Shown here: piece after piece, positions 16,223 to 25,003 of the stretch | Layout: each line of letters starts with the position of its first letter | Numbering within the stretch: position 1 is the stretch's first letter | Virus record (IMG/VR): IMGVR_UViG_3300005764_000015 | Span: 1 to 64,000 of that record | Length of the DNA stretch: 64,000 bases | Source: an uncultured virus (IMG/VR IMGVR_UViG_3300005764_000015) | Lineage: Duplodnaviria > Heunggongvirae > Uroviricota > Caudoviricetes | Reading direction: 5' to 3' (one strand) | Notes under the pieces: generated by a model | The model's input: the letters and a program-made list of their open reading frames with translations, nothing else | The model's database searches: none | Told to the model about the DNA's origin: nothing | Position numbers and translations under genes: made by a program

Positions 16223-18639
16223 GCTACGTCGACGAGATAGAAAATAATCTCTCTGACTTAGAAGAGTTCCTTGCCCGAATCGAGGCCGGCGGACCCGGCA
16301 GCGGTTGCCATGGACCGAACTGCGGGCGCCCGCCCGGTTCGGGCAAGGGAGGCACGGCACTGCACGATGCTCCAGAAGGCGCGCCAGGCGTCGGCACGAC
16401 CGGCACGCTAATGAAGGACTTCGGCTGGAAGAAAGTGCCCGGTGGGGAAACTACCGTCAAAGGCCATCCGGCAACGATGTACACGCATCCAACGCATGGC
16501 ACGATGTTCGTGACCAAGAATTGGTACGAGCATTACAAGGCGGGCGAGAAAATCGGAGAAAAGACGGAGCTGGCCAAAGGCAAGCCACTCGCAGAGAAGC
16601 TGAAGACGTATCTGAAGGAGAACACGCCCCGGCCTGGTTCTGGTCCGGTAGCGCCCGCGCCGACGAAGCCTGCAGGCCCCAAACCGACCGGAACTACTAC
16701 TCCACAGCCGAAGCCTATCCCTGCCACAGCCGCTCAGATCCCCAACCGGGACGCAGAGTTCAAGTTCAAGGAAGACGCGGGCCATCTGGGCGGCGCCCAT
16801 GACAAATATCTCTACACCGACAAGCTCGGAAAAGAATATCTGTTCAAGCCAGCAACAACGCTGAGCGGGGATGTCTCGCCGTTGATGGCACACGCCGATG
16901 AAATGGCATCGCGGATAGCGCAGAAGCTGAGGCCCTACGCATTCGAACACGCCAGAGCAGCAGAGCTTACCGTGCCCGGCCAGGGCAAGGTGGTCGGCAG
17001 CGTGCACGAGATGCTGCCGAACATCATGCAGAACAAAGACTTCAGCGGTGTAAAGCCGAAGGACTTAAAGCCAGAAGACTCGGCACAGCTGCAACGTGAG
17101 CAGGTAATCGACTGGCTGATCAGCAACCACGACTCGCATGGCGGCCAGTTCATCCGCAGCGAAGGCGGAAAAGTAATCGGCATCGACAAGACGCAGGCAT
17201 TCAAGTACTTTGGCAAAGATAAGCTGGATGTTGATTACCATCCGAATGCAAGCTACGGCGAGAAGCCGCCTTACTACAATGACATGTGGAAGGCGGTGAA
17301 AAAGGGTGATCTGACAGTCGACCCGATGCAGTCGTACAAGACGATTCAGAAGGCACAGGCAATCCCTGATGATGAGTATCGCAACATACTCATGCCTTAT
17401 GCCAAAGAAAGATTCAAGAACGACGACAAAGCCGCGAACGAATTCCTTGACAAAGCCGTTGGCAGGAAAAACGCTCTAAAGGCAGACTTCGAGAAATTCA
17501 TCGGTGGTGTGTACGGCAAGCCGTTCACGTTCAATAATGGCTTTTCCGGCACTGGGAATCCTATTCCAAAACCCGCGGGCGCCGGACCGAAGCCACCGTT
17601 GCAGCCGGGAGATAAAGGCAGGCCAGCGCCGGTAGAGGAGCAGAAGCAGCGCCTGGCGGAGATGATACAAAAGCCTTCGGAAAAAGGCCAGGGCACGGCC
17701 GGCCACGTCATTGCCTGGGAACCGTATGTACCGCCAGATAATCCGCAGTTCAAATCGCGGATGGCTGAGGCACATCAAGTGGTGGCAGATGTGATGAGCA
17801 AGTACAGCGGCCCGAGCCAAAAATATCTGCATAATTTTGACGATGACAAGCGCTGGGAATGGGAAGCTAAAATCAACAGCGGAAAATCTCCCGTAGATGC
17901 AGCAAAGGGCCTGGGCGTCTATCCAGAGGCATTTGCTAAGATGGGATTTTCGCCGGGAGAGATGCATGACATGATCGGCACCATCAAGGGCTGGACGGGC
18001 AGCTCGTCGGGAACGAATGGTACTAAGGTGCAGGAAGCAGCGCAGCAGATTATTAACGGCAAGTGCTGTAGCTCAAAGGTGGCTCGTGCCTTCGAGTTGG
18101 AGTACGCCTTAACGCAGGCAAAATTAGCCAAGCAAGTAGATTCGGCAGGTAAGCTCAAGATTCCGGTGTGGCGGGGCGTGAATGATACTGACGAGCCAGG
18201 TTACGCCAACCAATTAGAGGCAGCTGCAGCCAAGCATGACTTCGTAGAAACGGTCAACCGCGGTGCTGAGAGTTACTCGACCAGCTTGGATAAAGCTAAG
18301 CAATTCGGTCGAGTCATCCTACAGATACACAACGTGCCCGCCAAGCAAGTGCTTACTTCAGCACTTACTAATCCCGCAGCATTTACAGCTCACCATCACG
18401 AAGCGGAAATGGTGGTTGCTCACAAGGGCAATCAGAAGCTGCTTGCGAAAGATGTGATCATCAAGCATTCGGGACCGTACACGGCGCTGCTAAAGTCGGA
18501 GGCAGAGAAAGAAAAAGGATCGTTGGTGCTAGATCTGACGGATGATGTGAACGCAGATTGGTATGCAATAGCTGCCAGACGTATGCATCTGCCACCAAAT
18601 GAGGATTATAAGATCTTCGTTATGGAAGCTGTAGAGTAA
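16219..18639 (+). CDS. Tagged effector 4: PI3/4-kinase/HipA-like kinase fused to an ADP-ribosyltransferase
   Basis: GGAGG RBS, ATG at 16219; IEA-GGPGSGCHGPNCGRP; LGGAHDK, YLFKP, DWLISNHDSHGGQF, IGIDK; then VWRGV, ESYSTS, EAEMV. Confidence 0.8.
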   Translation: MSYVDEIENNLSDLEEFLARIEAGGPGSGCHGPNCGRPPGSGKGGTALHDAPEGAPGVGTTGTLMKDFGWKKVPGGETTVKGHPATMYTHPTHGTMFVTKNWYEHYKAGEKIGEKTELAKGKPLAEKLKTYLKENTPRPGSGPVAPAPTKPAGPKPTGTTTPQPKPIPATAAQIPNRDAEFKFKEDAGHLGGAHDKYLYTDKLGKEYLFKPATTLSGDVSPLMAHADEMASRIAQKLRPYAFEHARAAELTVPGQGKVVGSVHEMLPNIMQNKDFSGVKPKDLKPEDSAQLQREQVIDWLISNHDSHGGQFIRSEGGKVIGIDKTQAFKYFGKDKLDVDYHPNASYGEKPPYYNDMWKAVKKGDLTVDPMQSYKTIQKAQAIPDDEYRNILMPYAKERFKNDDKAANEFLDKAVGRKNALKADFEKFIGGVYGKPFTFNNGFSGTGNPIPKPAGAGPKPPLQPGDKGRPAPVEEQKQRLAEMIQKPSEKGQGTAGHVIAWEPYVPPDNPQFKSRMAEAHQVVADVMSKYSGPSQKYLHNFDDDKRWEWEAKINSGKSPVDAAKGLGVYPEAFAKMGFSPGEMHDMIGTIKGWTGSSSGTNGTKVQEAAQQIINGKCCSSKVARAFELEYALTQAKLAKQVDSAGKLKIPVWRGVNDTDEPGYANQLEAAAAKHDFVETVNRGAESYSTSLDKAKQFGRVILQIHNVPAKQVLTSALTNPAAFTAHHHEAEMVVAHKGNQKLLAKDVIIKHSGPYTALLKSEAEKEKGSLVLDLTDDVNADWYAIAARRMHLPPNEDYKIFVMEAVE

Positions 18640-18640
18640 A

Positions 18641-18714
18641 ATCGAGTAACAAGCGGAATATCGAGTAACTGGTTCGCTTCGCCGTTGGCCGTTCCTGCTC
18701 CTACATCGTAGACT
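18641..18714 (+). promoter_or_regulatory. Putative late promoter for the head operon, with an upstream direct repeat
   Basis: ATCGAGTAAC twice (18641, 18660); CGCCGTTGGC at 18680; TTGGCC-18 nt-TAGACT. Confidence 0.5.
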
Positions 18715-18728
18715 CACTTTGTTAAACG

Positions 18729-20165
18729 ATGGCACAGAGACTGGAACTAATCCAAGGATCGGTTAGCATAACCGCACAGGAGACTCATCCCAACAAGATG
18801 AAATTCCGCGGAGTGCTGGTCCGTTTGGATGAGCCGTCAACCCGGCCGCCGAACGGAGCCGAAGGGCACCGAATCTACGTTCCGACAGCGGTTGCAGCCA
18901 AGCGGTTGCAGACTCTGGTCGGCATGGGATTAAATTACGCTGAGAACTTAGATGGCCATCAGCAGAGAAGAAAAGTCGGAGTTATCCAGAAGGCAAATAT
19001 CGAGGGCAAGGATCTGTGGGTTGAGGGAATTGTTTGGAAGCATGACTTTCCCGAAGCCACGGATGACTTGAAGCAGAAGAACCTGGGCATGTCGATGGAG
19101 ATCGGGCAGGTAGCGGTCGACGACATCAACGCAGATGTGTGGGTGCTGAACGACTTCTATTTCCTGGGCGCCACGATTCTGTTCCGTGATGCAGCAGCCT
19201 ATGAACGTACGCAAGCAATTGCTGCGCAGGCAAACAAAGGGAGCGCAAACATGAAGAAACCGACGGTAACAAAGCCAGCAGCCGTACAGCGGATGGACGC
19301 TGGCGCCATTGCACAAATCGCCACGCAGGCTGCTGTGGAAGGCGTGTCCAAGCATTTCGCGGGCACGTTCAACCGGCAGACCAACCTGCTGGCAAGGATG
19401 GCCGCACAGTTCGAAGACGTGAACTCGCGGCTTACCGCCCTAGAAGCCGGGGCTGTCACGGATGACGAGGACGACGACGAAATCGACGACATCGACGCAG
19501 AAGGCAACGTCGCACCTCCGCCTGCGGCAACAGCAGTTCCGAAAATGACGACAAAGAAAAAAGTCGCCGCAGCCGATGACGAGGACGATGAGGACGATGA
19601 GGACAAGAAGGCGGACGAGGACGACGACGAGGAAATCGAATCCGAAGCCATCGACAAGGGCGATCTTGAAGAGATGGGTCCGGACACTGCCGGTGGGGAC
19701 CTCGGCACGCCGGCGCATCAGAACGAAGACGACGAAAACAAAGGGAGCAGAACGACCTTGAACGACGACGTCGGAAAGACCGTAGCTTCGGCGGCTTTGA
19801 AGTCGCTTCGCAAGCAGGTGGCCAAGCTGACAGCAGGGCACGTGCAGCTGCAGCAGGAAAACAAGCGGCTGAAAAAGCAGCTGGCTGCCACGCATCGCCA
19901 AGTTACCGCAGCAGCCAACGATGTCACCCGGCGCTCGCGGCCAATCCACAATGACGTGCAGGGTCTGCTGGCAAAGAGCGGCCTGGATCCGATGAACATG
20001 CAGGCCTCGTCCCAGAAGCTTTCGGTCGCCGAAGTGGACGCACTGATCGCCTCGTCGCTTCCGAATGTGGACGTCACCACGCGGATGACGCTCAAGAACA
20101 AGATGCTCGAAATGGGGCTGATGGAAGAAGGGGCAGTCCACCGGCAGTTGATTCCACGGGGCTAA
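18729..20165 (+). CDS. Prohead protease fused to an acidic/coiled-coil scaffold
   Basis: N-terminal DGH...KVGVI...LWVEG...LGMSME; Asp/Glu tracts; coiled coil; immediately upstream of the capsid gene; internal GGAG+ATG at 19251. Confidence 0.8.
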   Translation: MAQRLELIQGSVSITAQETHPNKMKFRGVLVRLDEPSTRPPNGAEGHRIYVPTAVAAKRLQTLVGMGLNYAENLDGHQQRRKVGVIQKANIEGKDLWVEGIVWKHDFPEATDDLKQKNLGMSMEIGQVAVDDINADVWVLNDFYFLGATILFRDAAAYERTQAIAAQANKGSANMKKPTVTKPAAVQRMDAGAIAQIATQAAVEGVSKHFAGTFNRQTNLLARMAAQFEDVNSRLTALEAGAVTDDEDDDEIDDIDAEGNVAPPPAATAVPKMTTKKKVAAADDEDDEDDEDKKADEDDDEEIESEAIDKGDLEEMGPDTAGGDLGTPAHQNEDDENKGSRTTLNDDVGKTVASAALKSLRKQVAKLTAGHVQLQQENKRLKKQLAATHRQVTAAANDVTRRSRPIHNDVQGLLAKSGLDPMNMQASSQKLSVAEVDALIASSLPNVDVTTRMTLKNKMLEMGLMEEGAVHRQLIPRG

Positions 20166-20201
20166 GTGCCCGGAAAGAAAAAGAAGAGGGAGACGCAGAC
20201 A

Positions 20202-21182
20202 ATGGCAGAAAAAAGACCAGCAGTCTTTCAGGACTTCACAGCAGCAGCGGACTACCTCGGACCGGGCGCTATTGAAGTCAACCGTTACCAAACGGAAATC
20301 GTGGACATGGTGCGGAGACGGTTCGTGCTCGGCCAGCGGATCAATCAAACGCCGGCCACCGGGCAGCCGTCGCGTTACTTCGAGCAGCTGGCCATCCCGA
20401 CGGCCAACTTCGTCGATCCGCGTGCACTGTCCGCCACGCCGTCGCAGCCGCAGCGCCAGGAAAGAGTCCTGATGCTGAAGGCAATCACGGCTCAAATCAA
20501 CTACGGGATTTTCGACGTCGAGGTGAACCAGCAGCAGGGCCAGTTCGCGTACCTCGAAGCGAAGGATCTCACGGACACCGTTGACGGGTGTCTGAAGGTG
20601 CATGACCAGGGCCTGTGGAACGGCAACGACACGGACCTGATCGTCAGCACGACGGCGCAGTATTACGGCGTCAGCGGCCAGCTGGTCGCAGGCGCCGGCA
20701 CTCCAATCGGCAACCCGATCATCAACGTGGGCGCCGCGCCAGCCAGCCTGGTCGACGCAGTGAAGACCGGCATGGCAGCAATGGCAGCCAGGACGGACTT
20801 CGAAGTGCGGCCGTCGGCCTTCTACTCGAACCCGCTTTTCCTCGACCTGTTCGACAAGGAAGCCAAATCGCTGCAGCTCTACTACAATCAGGTGGAAATC
20901 CTGCCGGGCGTGGTGGTCGAGGGCATCCCAACGCAGCTCGGCATCCTGCCCCTGATCGGCGACCCGGCGGTGACGGTGTTCGGGACCACGACGAAGACTT
21001 ACACCGGCTTCATCGTGTCGGAAGACATGATCGAATATCACTATCTGACCGACCCGCTGCCCAGAGTTTTCCAGCTGGGCTTGCTGGCAAATTTGGCCGC
21101 GCAGTATGTGGTGGTCAAGTTCGGCGCGCCGGTAGCCAAAGGTGCCGGTTACGCACATCAGGTAATTCAGACGGTTCGTTAA
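20202..21182 (+). CDS. Major capsid protein
   Basis: 326 aa after the scaffold; strongly biased codons; GLWNG...YYGV; followed by a terminator. Confidence 0.82.
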   Translation: MAEKRPAVFQDFTAAADYLGPGAIEVNRYQTEIVDMVRRRFVLGQRINQTPATGQPSRYFEQLAIPTANFVDPRALSATPSQPQRQERVLMLKAITAQINYGIFDVEVNQQQGQFAYLEAKDLTDTVDGCLKVHDQGLWNGNDTDLIVSTTAQYYGVSGQLVAGAGTPIGNPIINVGAAPASLVDAVKTGMAAMAARTDFEVRPSAFYSNPLFLDLFDKEAKSLQLYYNQVEILPGVVVEGIPTQLGILPLIGDPAVTVFGTTTKTYTGFIVSEDMIEYHYLTDPLPRVFQLGLLANLAAQYVVVKFGAPVAKGAGYAHQVIQTVR

Positions 21183-21214
21183 TTTCGTTCGGCGGAGAGT
21201 CCGAACCTCTGGGA

Positions 21215-21257
21215 GGGCTTGCATCTGTAAGAGGCATGGCAGGTGCAAGCCCATTTT
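21215..21257 (+). terminator. Intrinsic terminator after the capsid gene
   Basis: GGGCTTGCATCTG/CAGGTGCAAGCCC stem followed by ATTTT. Confidence 0.7.
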
Positions 21258-21283
21258 GTTAGGTGTATAACGGTTTGTAGGAG

Positions 21284-22168
21284 TTGCTAATTGTGTCACC
21301 GACGGTCACTACCACCGAACTGAACGTGATGCCGGCAGACCTAAAGCCGTACATGCCGATGTATATCCTGCCCGATGACTTTAGCACGTTCGGCTTACCA
21401 TCCGACCCGAACTGCAATGCCGCGGGGCTGGTACAGTTCGCGAGCGCATACATCGACGAAGCCTGCGGGCGGATTGACGGGGACGGCAGTGGTTCCTTAG
21501 CCTACTCCACCTATGTGCAGCGGCTGCTGCTACAAACAAGAAATCGCAATCTCATCCACTTAGCCATGAAGCCCATCGTGCCGGTGGATCAAGCGACGGT
21601 AGACGATCTGATAGCACTGGCAGCGGCCGCTCCGACGGGAGAATACAGTTCCCTGTTTCAGAATACGCAGCCTTACTACACCGGCGTGCTTCCGACCACG
21701 ATCAACAGCTACAACGGCACGCCGTCGGGCTTCATAGCAGCATCCGGTCGATACGGCTACACGCGGCAGGACCGCAGCGTGGGATATCCTGATTTATATG
21801 CCATGATCAACCCGCTGAACCTCGTTACCATGTGGGGCGGCCCGGCACCGTGGGTGCCTGTGGACGCCACAATGATCGAGTACGATCCGAAAACGGGTGA
21901 GGCATGGATTCCGGCGGGCTTACAGCTGCAGGCTTACTCAGAAATCCTTTGTATCTACAACAGCGGCTATGACCCGCGGAAAATCCCGTACACGATCAAA
22001 GCAGTGGTGGCCGGATTAGTGAAGAACGCAATCGTGCGCGGCGGCGTGACCGGAATCACGTCGTTGAATTTCGGCAAGCTGGGAGCCAGTTACAGCTTTT
22101 TCCAGGACTTGCTTGATCCGATGCTGGACAGGATGCTGACTCCGTTCAAGACGGTGAGAGGTTACTAA
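21284..22168 (+). CDS. Head-tail adaptor/connector protein (start possibly 21293)
   Basis: ASAYIDEACGR; YNSGYDPRKIPYTIKAVV; C-terminal MLTPFK. Confidence 0.7.
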   Translation: MLIVSPTVTTTELNVMPADLKPYMPMYILPDDFSTFGLPSDPNCNAAGLVQFASAYIDEACGRIDGDGSGSLAYSTYVQRLLLQTRNRNLIHLAMKPIVPVDQATVDDLIALAAAAPTGEYSSLFQNTQPYYTGVLPTTINSYNGTPSGFIAASGRYGYTRQDRSVGYPDLYAMINPLNLVTMWGGPAPWVPVDATMIEYDPKTGEAWIPAGLQLQAYSEILCIYNSGYDPRKIPYTIKAVVAGLVKNAIVRGGVTGITSLNFGKLGASYSFFQDLLDPMLDRMLTPFKTVRGY

Positions 22169-22169
22169 G

Positions 22170-22613
22170 ATGCGACTGGATGAAATGCTTTTGCTGAGTA
22201 AGTCAGCTACAATTCAGGCTGGCAGTGCAAAGAACGATGGCGAGATTTTCCGCGAGATGCACGACACACTGCAACAGCACGGCTTCCAGCAGGAAAGCAA
22301 GGACGACCACCACGCCGACTACCGGCACCAGAACGGAGACTTAGTCAAGCTGCGGCATTCGACGAGCAAGATGTACCCCGAATCCAAGGCGGCTGGTAAT
22401 TTTACTCTCAAGCCGCAGATGGCTTACGACAAGCGCGGCATCCCTGTGGATCGTCCTGGCGTGTCAACAAAGGGCAAGTCGTTCCGCCAGCTGCACGAGG
22501 ATTCGGATGCTGAAGGCAGCGGGCATGAAGCGTTGAAGAGCACGCTGGAGCAGTTTGGTCACAAGCCGGCCTACGGGCCGCCAGAAAAGGCAGGAAAAAA
22601 TGCGACTAAGTGA
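22170..22613 (+). CDS. His-rich putative internal head protein
   Basis: MRLDEMLL...IQA-G; LQQHGF...YRHQNGDLV domain. Confidence 0.6.
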   Translation: MRLDEMLLLSKSATIQAGSAKNDGEIFREMHDTLQQHGFQQESKDDHHADYRHQNGDLVKLRHSTSKMYPESKAAGNFTLKPQMAYDKRGIPVDRPGVSTKGKSFRQLHEDSDAEGSGHEALKSTLEQFGHKPAYGPPEKAGKNATK

Positions 22614-22995
22614 TGCAGTAGCAATGCGGAATATGGGCACCTTCGGCCGAACTATCATGGCAGGTGGCCCGGGCAGCGGTCGCCATCCCGGTGGCGGAAG
22701 CCAGGAAGACCAGGCAAAGGCGGATGGAGGGAAGCTTCACTCTGCCCTGTCGGAGCATGGCTTTAAGTACTCTAGCACCGAACACGACGACCCGAGCGGA
22801 GTTGATGAGCACACATACTCGCATCCGAATGGCGAGAGCGTGAGCTTTGCCAGCTATGGCGGCGGCCCGTCGAAAGGCGGCAACACCGAATGGGAGCACA
22901 AAGACTCCAGCGGTGACAGAATCCGCAGAGGTGAAGGTGCCAAGTCGTTCGGTCAGCACATGGAACGCCATTACGGCGTAAATAAAATGAAATGA
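22600..22995 (+). CDS. Putative internal head protein with variant tag
   Basis: MRLSDAV...IMA-GGPGSGRHP; LSEHGF...YSHPNGESV...WEH. Confidence 0.65.
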   Translation: MRLSDAVAMRNMGTFGRTIMAGGPGSGRHPGGGSQEDQAKADGGKLHSALSEHGFKYSSTEHDDPSGVDEHTYSHPNGESVSFASYGGGPSKGGNTEWEHKDSSGDRIRRGEGAKSFGQHMERHYGVNKMK

Positions 22996-23480
22996 GCAAC
23001 TGTCCGCCTATCCCGAATTTAGCCTGTGCATTGGGCAGCATGCTGGACTTTCAGTTCAACATGGCAAAATCCGGTCTGCCTGCATGGCTGCGAGTTAGAA
23101 ATTTTCCCGACGTGCAGAACGAGGAGGCCATCCAGCTTGGCTTCGACTTACAGCCGACCGGAGGCAAGGGCGGCGTGGGCACGACAGACATGCGGATCAT
23201 GCCGCAGCCGATCATAGAAAATGTCTCGATGCATAACATCGGCCAGAGCCTGGGCAAGCTGTTGTTCGGCGCCAGGAAATTTACGGTGTCGCAGACGTTT
23301 GTCTGCAATGCCATGGCACAGCTGCACTTACAGCAGTGGCGGGACGTGTGGGAGCATCCGAAAATCGTCGGCATCGTAACCGAGGGCGTTTTATTCAGCA
23401 TCGAGAGCGTCGGGCATACCGATATACAAGGTTGTCCGGTAACATGGGAATTGCTGTGCAATGCCAATGAGAGGAAGTGA
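22992..23480 (+). CDS. Putative head-closure/neck protein
   Basis: Position, size and beta-rich C-terminus (LFSIESV...TWELLC). Confidence 0.5.
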   Translation: MSNCPPIPNLACALGSMLDFQFNMAKSGLPAWLRVRNFPDVQNEEAIQLGFDLQPTGGKGGVGTTDMRIMPQPIIENVSMHNIGQSLGKLLFGARKFTVSQTFVCNAMAQLHLQQWRDVWEHPKIVGIVTEGVLFSIESVGHTDIQGCPVTWELLCNANERK

Positions 23481-23659
23481 CTATGCCGTTGAAGAAAGGC
23501 TACGGAAAGAAAACCTTCCAACATAACGTAGCCAAGTCGATCAAGGAAGGCAAGAAACCAAATCAAGCCGTAGCTATCGCGTACAACCAGCAGCGGGAAG
23601 CAAAGCGTGACGTAGCTTCGGCCATCGGCTTCATCAAGAAGATGAAAGGCAAATCATGA
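23477..23659 (+). CDS. Small basic conserved phage protein
   Basis: MPLKKG...NVAKSIKEGK..QAVAIAY. Confidence 0.65.
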   Translation: MTMPLKKGYGKKTFQHNVAKSIKEGKKPNQAVAIAYNQQREAKRDVASAIGFIKKMKGKS

Positions 23660-23904
23660 AGGATGTATTTATCCGGCGCAAGCACCTACACGGGAACCTG
23701 TCGGAGCTGCTGCGCTGTCAGGTGCTGTCGGAAAACGGGGACAAGCTGCGAGTCAAGCCGGAAGGCTCGATGGCTCCGATAGAAATCAATCGATCGGAAG
23801 TAATGCCGGCAAACAAGATGACGGGAGCCAAGGATAGAGTAGCACTGGTACAGCAGCTGTTTCCGACTTCAGCCGGTGCCATGCATAACCGGCTTCCCAG
23901 ATAG
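23656..23904 (+). CDS. Hypothetical protein
   Basis: ATGA-coupled 82 aa ORF. Confidence 0.55.
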   Translation: MKDVFIRRKHLHGNLSELLRCQVLSENGDKLRVKPEGSMAPIEINRSEVMPANKMTGAKDRVALVQQLFPTSAGAMHNRLPR

Positions 23905-24013
23905 ATGACGGATTCAACAGATGAAAGAAGAAAGGAAGTTCAGAATGAGAGTCCAGCTTGAGAACGACGAGTTAGCGACGCCGAAACCGTCAAATAAGTC
24001 AGGAGACGGAAAT

Positions 24014-24607
24014 ATGGCCGACACGAAAGAAAAAGAGCATCAGCATAAGCAGACTACGGTTCAGGAGCATTCCGGCACCGTTGCCAAGACGCACAAGGAC
24101 GGCGAAGAAGTCGAGACGCTCGTAGCCAGCACGAATCTGATCGGCGACGCGACCACGCTGCTTGGCATGACACCGACCGCAGCAAGCGTCGCTCTCGCCA
24201 CTAACCCGAACGGACCGCTGCAGGACATCAGCGGCAACGTCGGGCTGGTGCTGAACCATTTCAAAGAGGCGGCAGCGCTGCTGAAAATCGTCAACACTGT
24301 GACCGATGCGGCAGATACAGACAAGGCCAAATTCACCGGCGTTGTCAACGCACTGACCGGAGGCGGCAGCCCAAGCGGGACCCTGCTCGCAGATATGGCT
24401 TCAGCCTTAGCCACGGCGCCGACGGCAGCCAGCGCTGCATTGGCCATCAGCCCCAACGGCCCGATCATCGACGCGCCCGGAAGCGCCGATCTGGTCAATC
24501 TCATGCTGAAGGAAGCAAAGATGATCCTGGCCCTCGTCAATCGCGTGATGGACGCGTCAGATCCGATGAAGACCATCGTCGGCAATCTGAGCCAAGCATT
24601 GGTGTAA
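24014..24607 (+). CDS. Virion-associated protein with two internal helical repeats
   Basis: AGGAG RBS; PTAAS.ALA..PNGP..D..G...LV....KEA occurs twice. Confidence 0.65.
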   Translation: MADTKEKEHQHKQTTVQEHSGTVAKTHKDGEEVETLVASTNLIGDATTLLGMTPTAASVALATNPNGPLQDISGNVGLVLNHFKEAAALLKIVNTVTDAADTDKAKFTGVVNALTGGGSPSGTLLADMASALATAPTAASAALAISPNGPIIDAPGSADLVNLMLKEAKMILALVNRVMDASDPMKTIVGNLSQALV

Positions 24608-24610
24608 CTT

Positions 24611-25003
24611 ATGGCGCCGGGCGGATGCTGCAGCGGCGGCGATGAAGTCAATGTCATCGACTTCACACAGGGAGATGACTGGGCGAGCAGCGTTACTGTC
24701 TACGATGACAGTGGCGCTGCAGCCGACCTGACCGGATTCACCGCCGAAGCGCAGATCCGCCGAGATGTAGCAGATCTTGATCCAGAGGTTGCAGCAGAGA
24801 TAACGACGGAAATTGTATTGCCCAATATCATCGTGCTGTCGCTGTTACACGGAGTAACAGCGTTACTGTCGGGCAATTACGTGTGGGATCTGGAGCTGAC
24901 GTCGCCCAACGGTGCCGTGCAGACGATCCTCAGCGGCACGGTAGTCGTTACGCCGGAAGTAACCCGACCTGCCGGCCTGGTCTTGCAATACTCTGAGATA
25001 TGA
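24611..25003 (+). CDS. BppU-N-like / fibre attachment protein
   Basis: QGDDW...[13 protein letters not shown]...YVWDLEL...[15 protein letters not shown]. Confidence 0.7.
   Translation: MAPGGCCSGGDEVNVIDFTQGDDWASSVTVYDDSGAAADLTGFTAEAQIRRDVADLDPEVAAEITTEIVLPNIIVLSLLHGVTALLSGNYVWDLELTSPNGAVQTILSGTVVVTPEVTRPAGLVLQYSEI

Noticed and set aside
19440..21299. 619-aa minus-strand ORF
   Set aside because: Antisense shadow of the codon-biased scaffold and capsid genes; no recognisable motifs.
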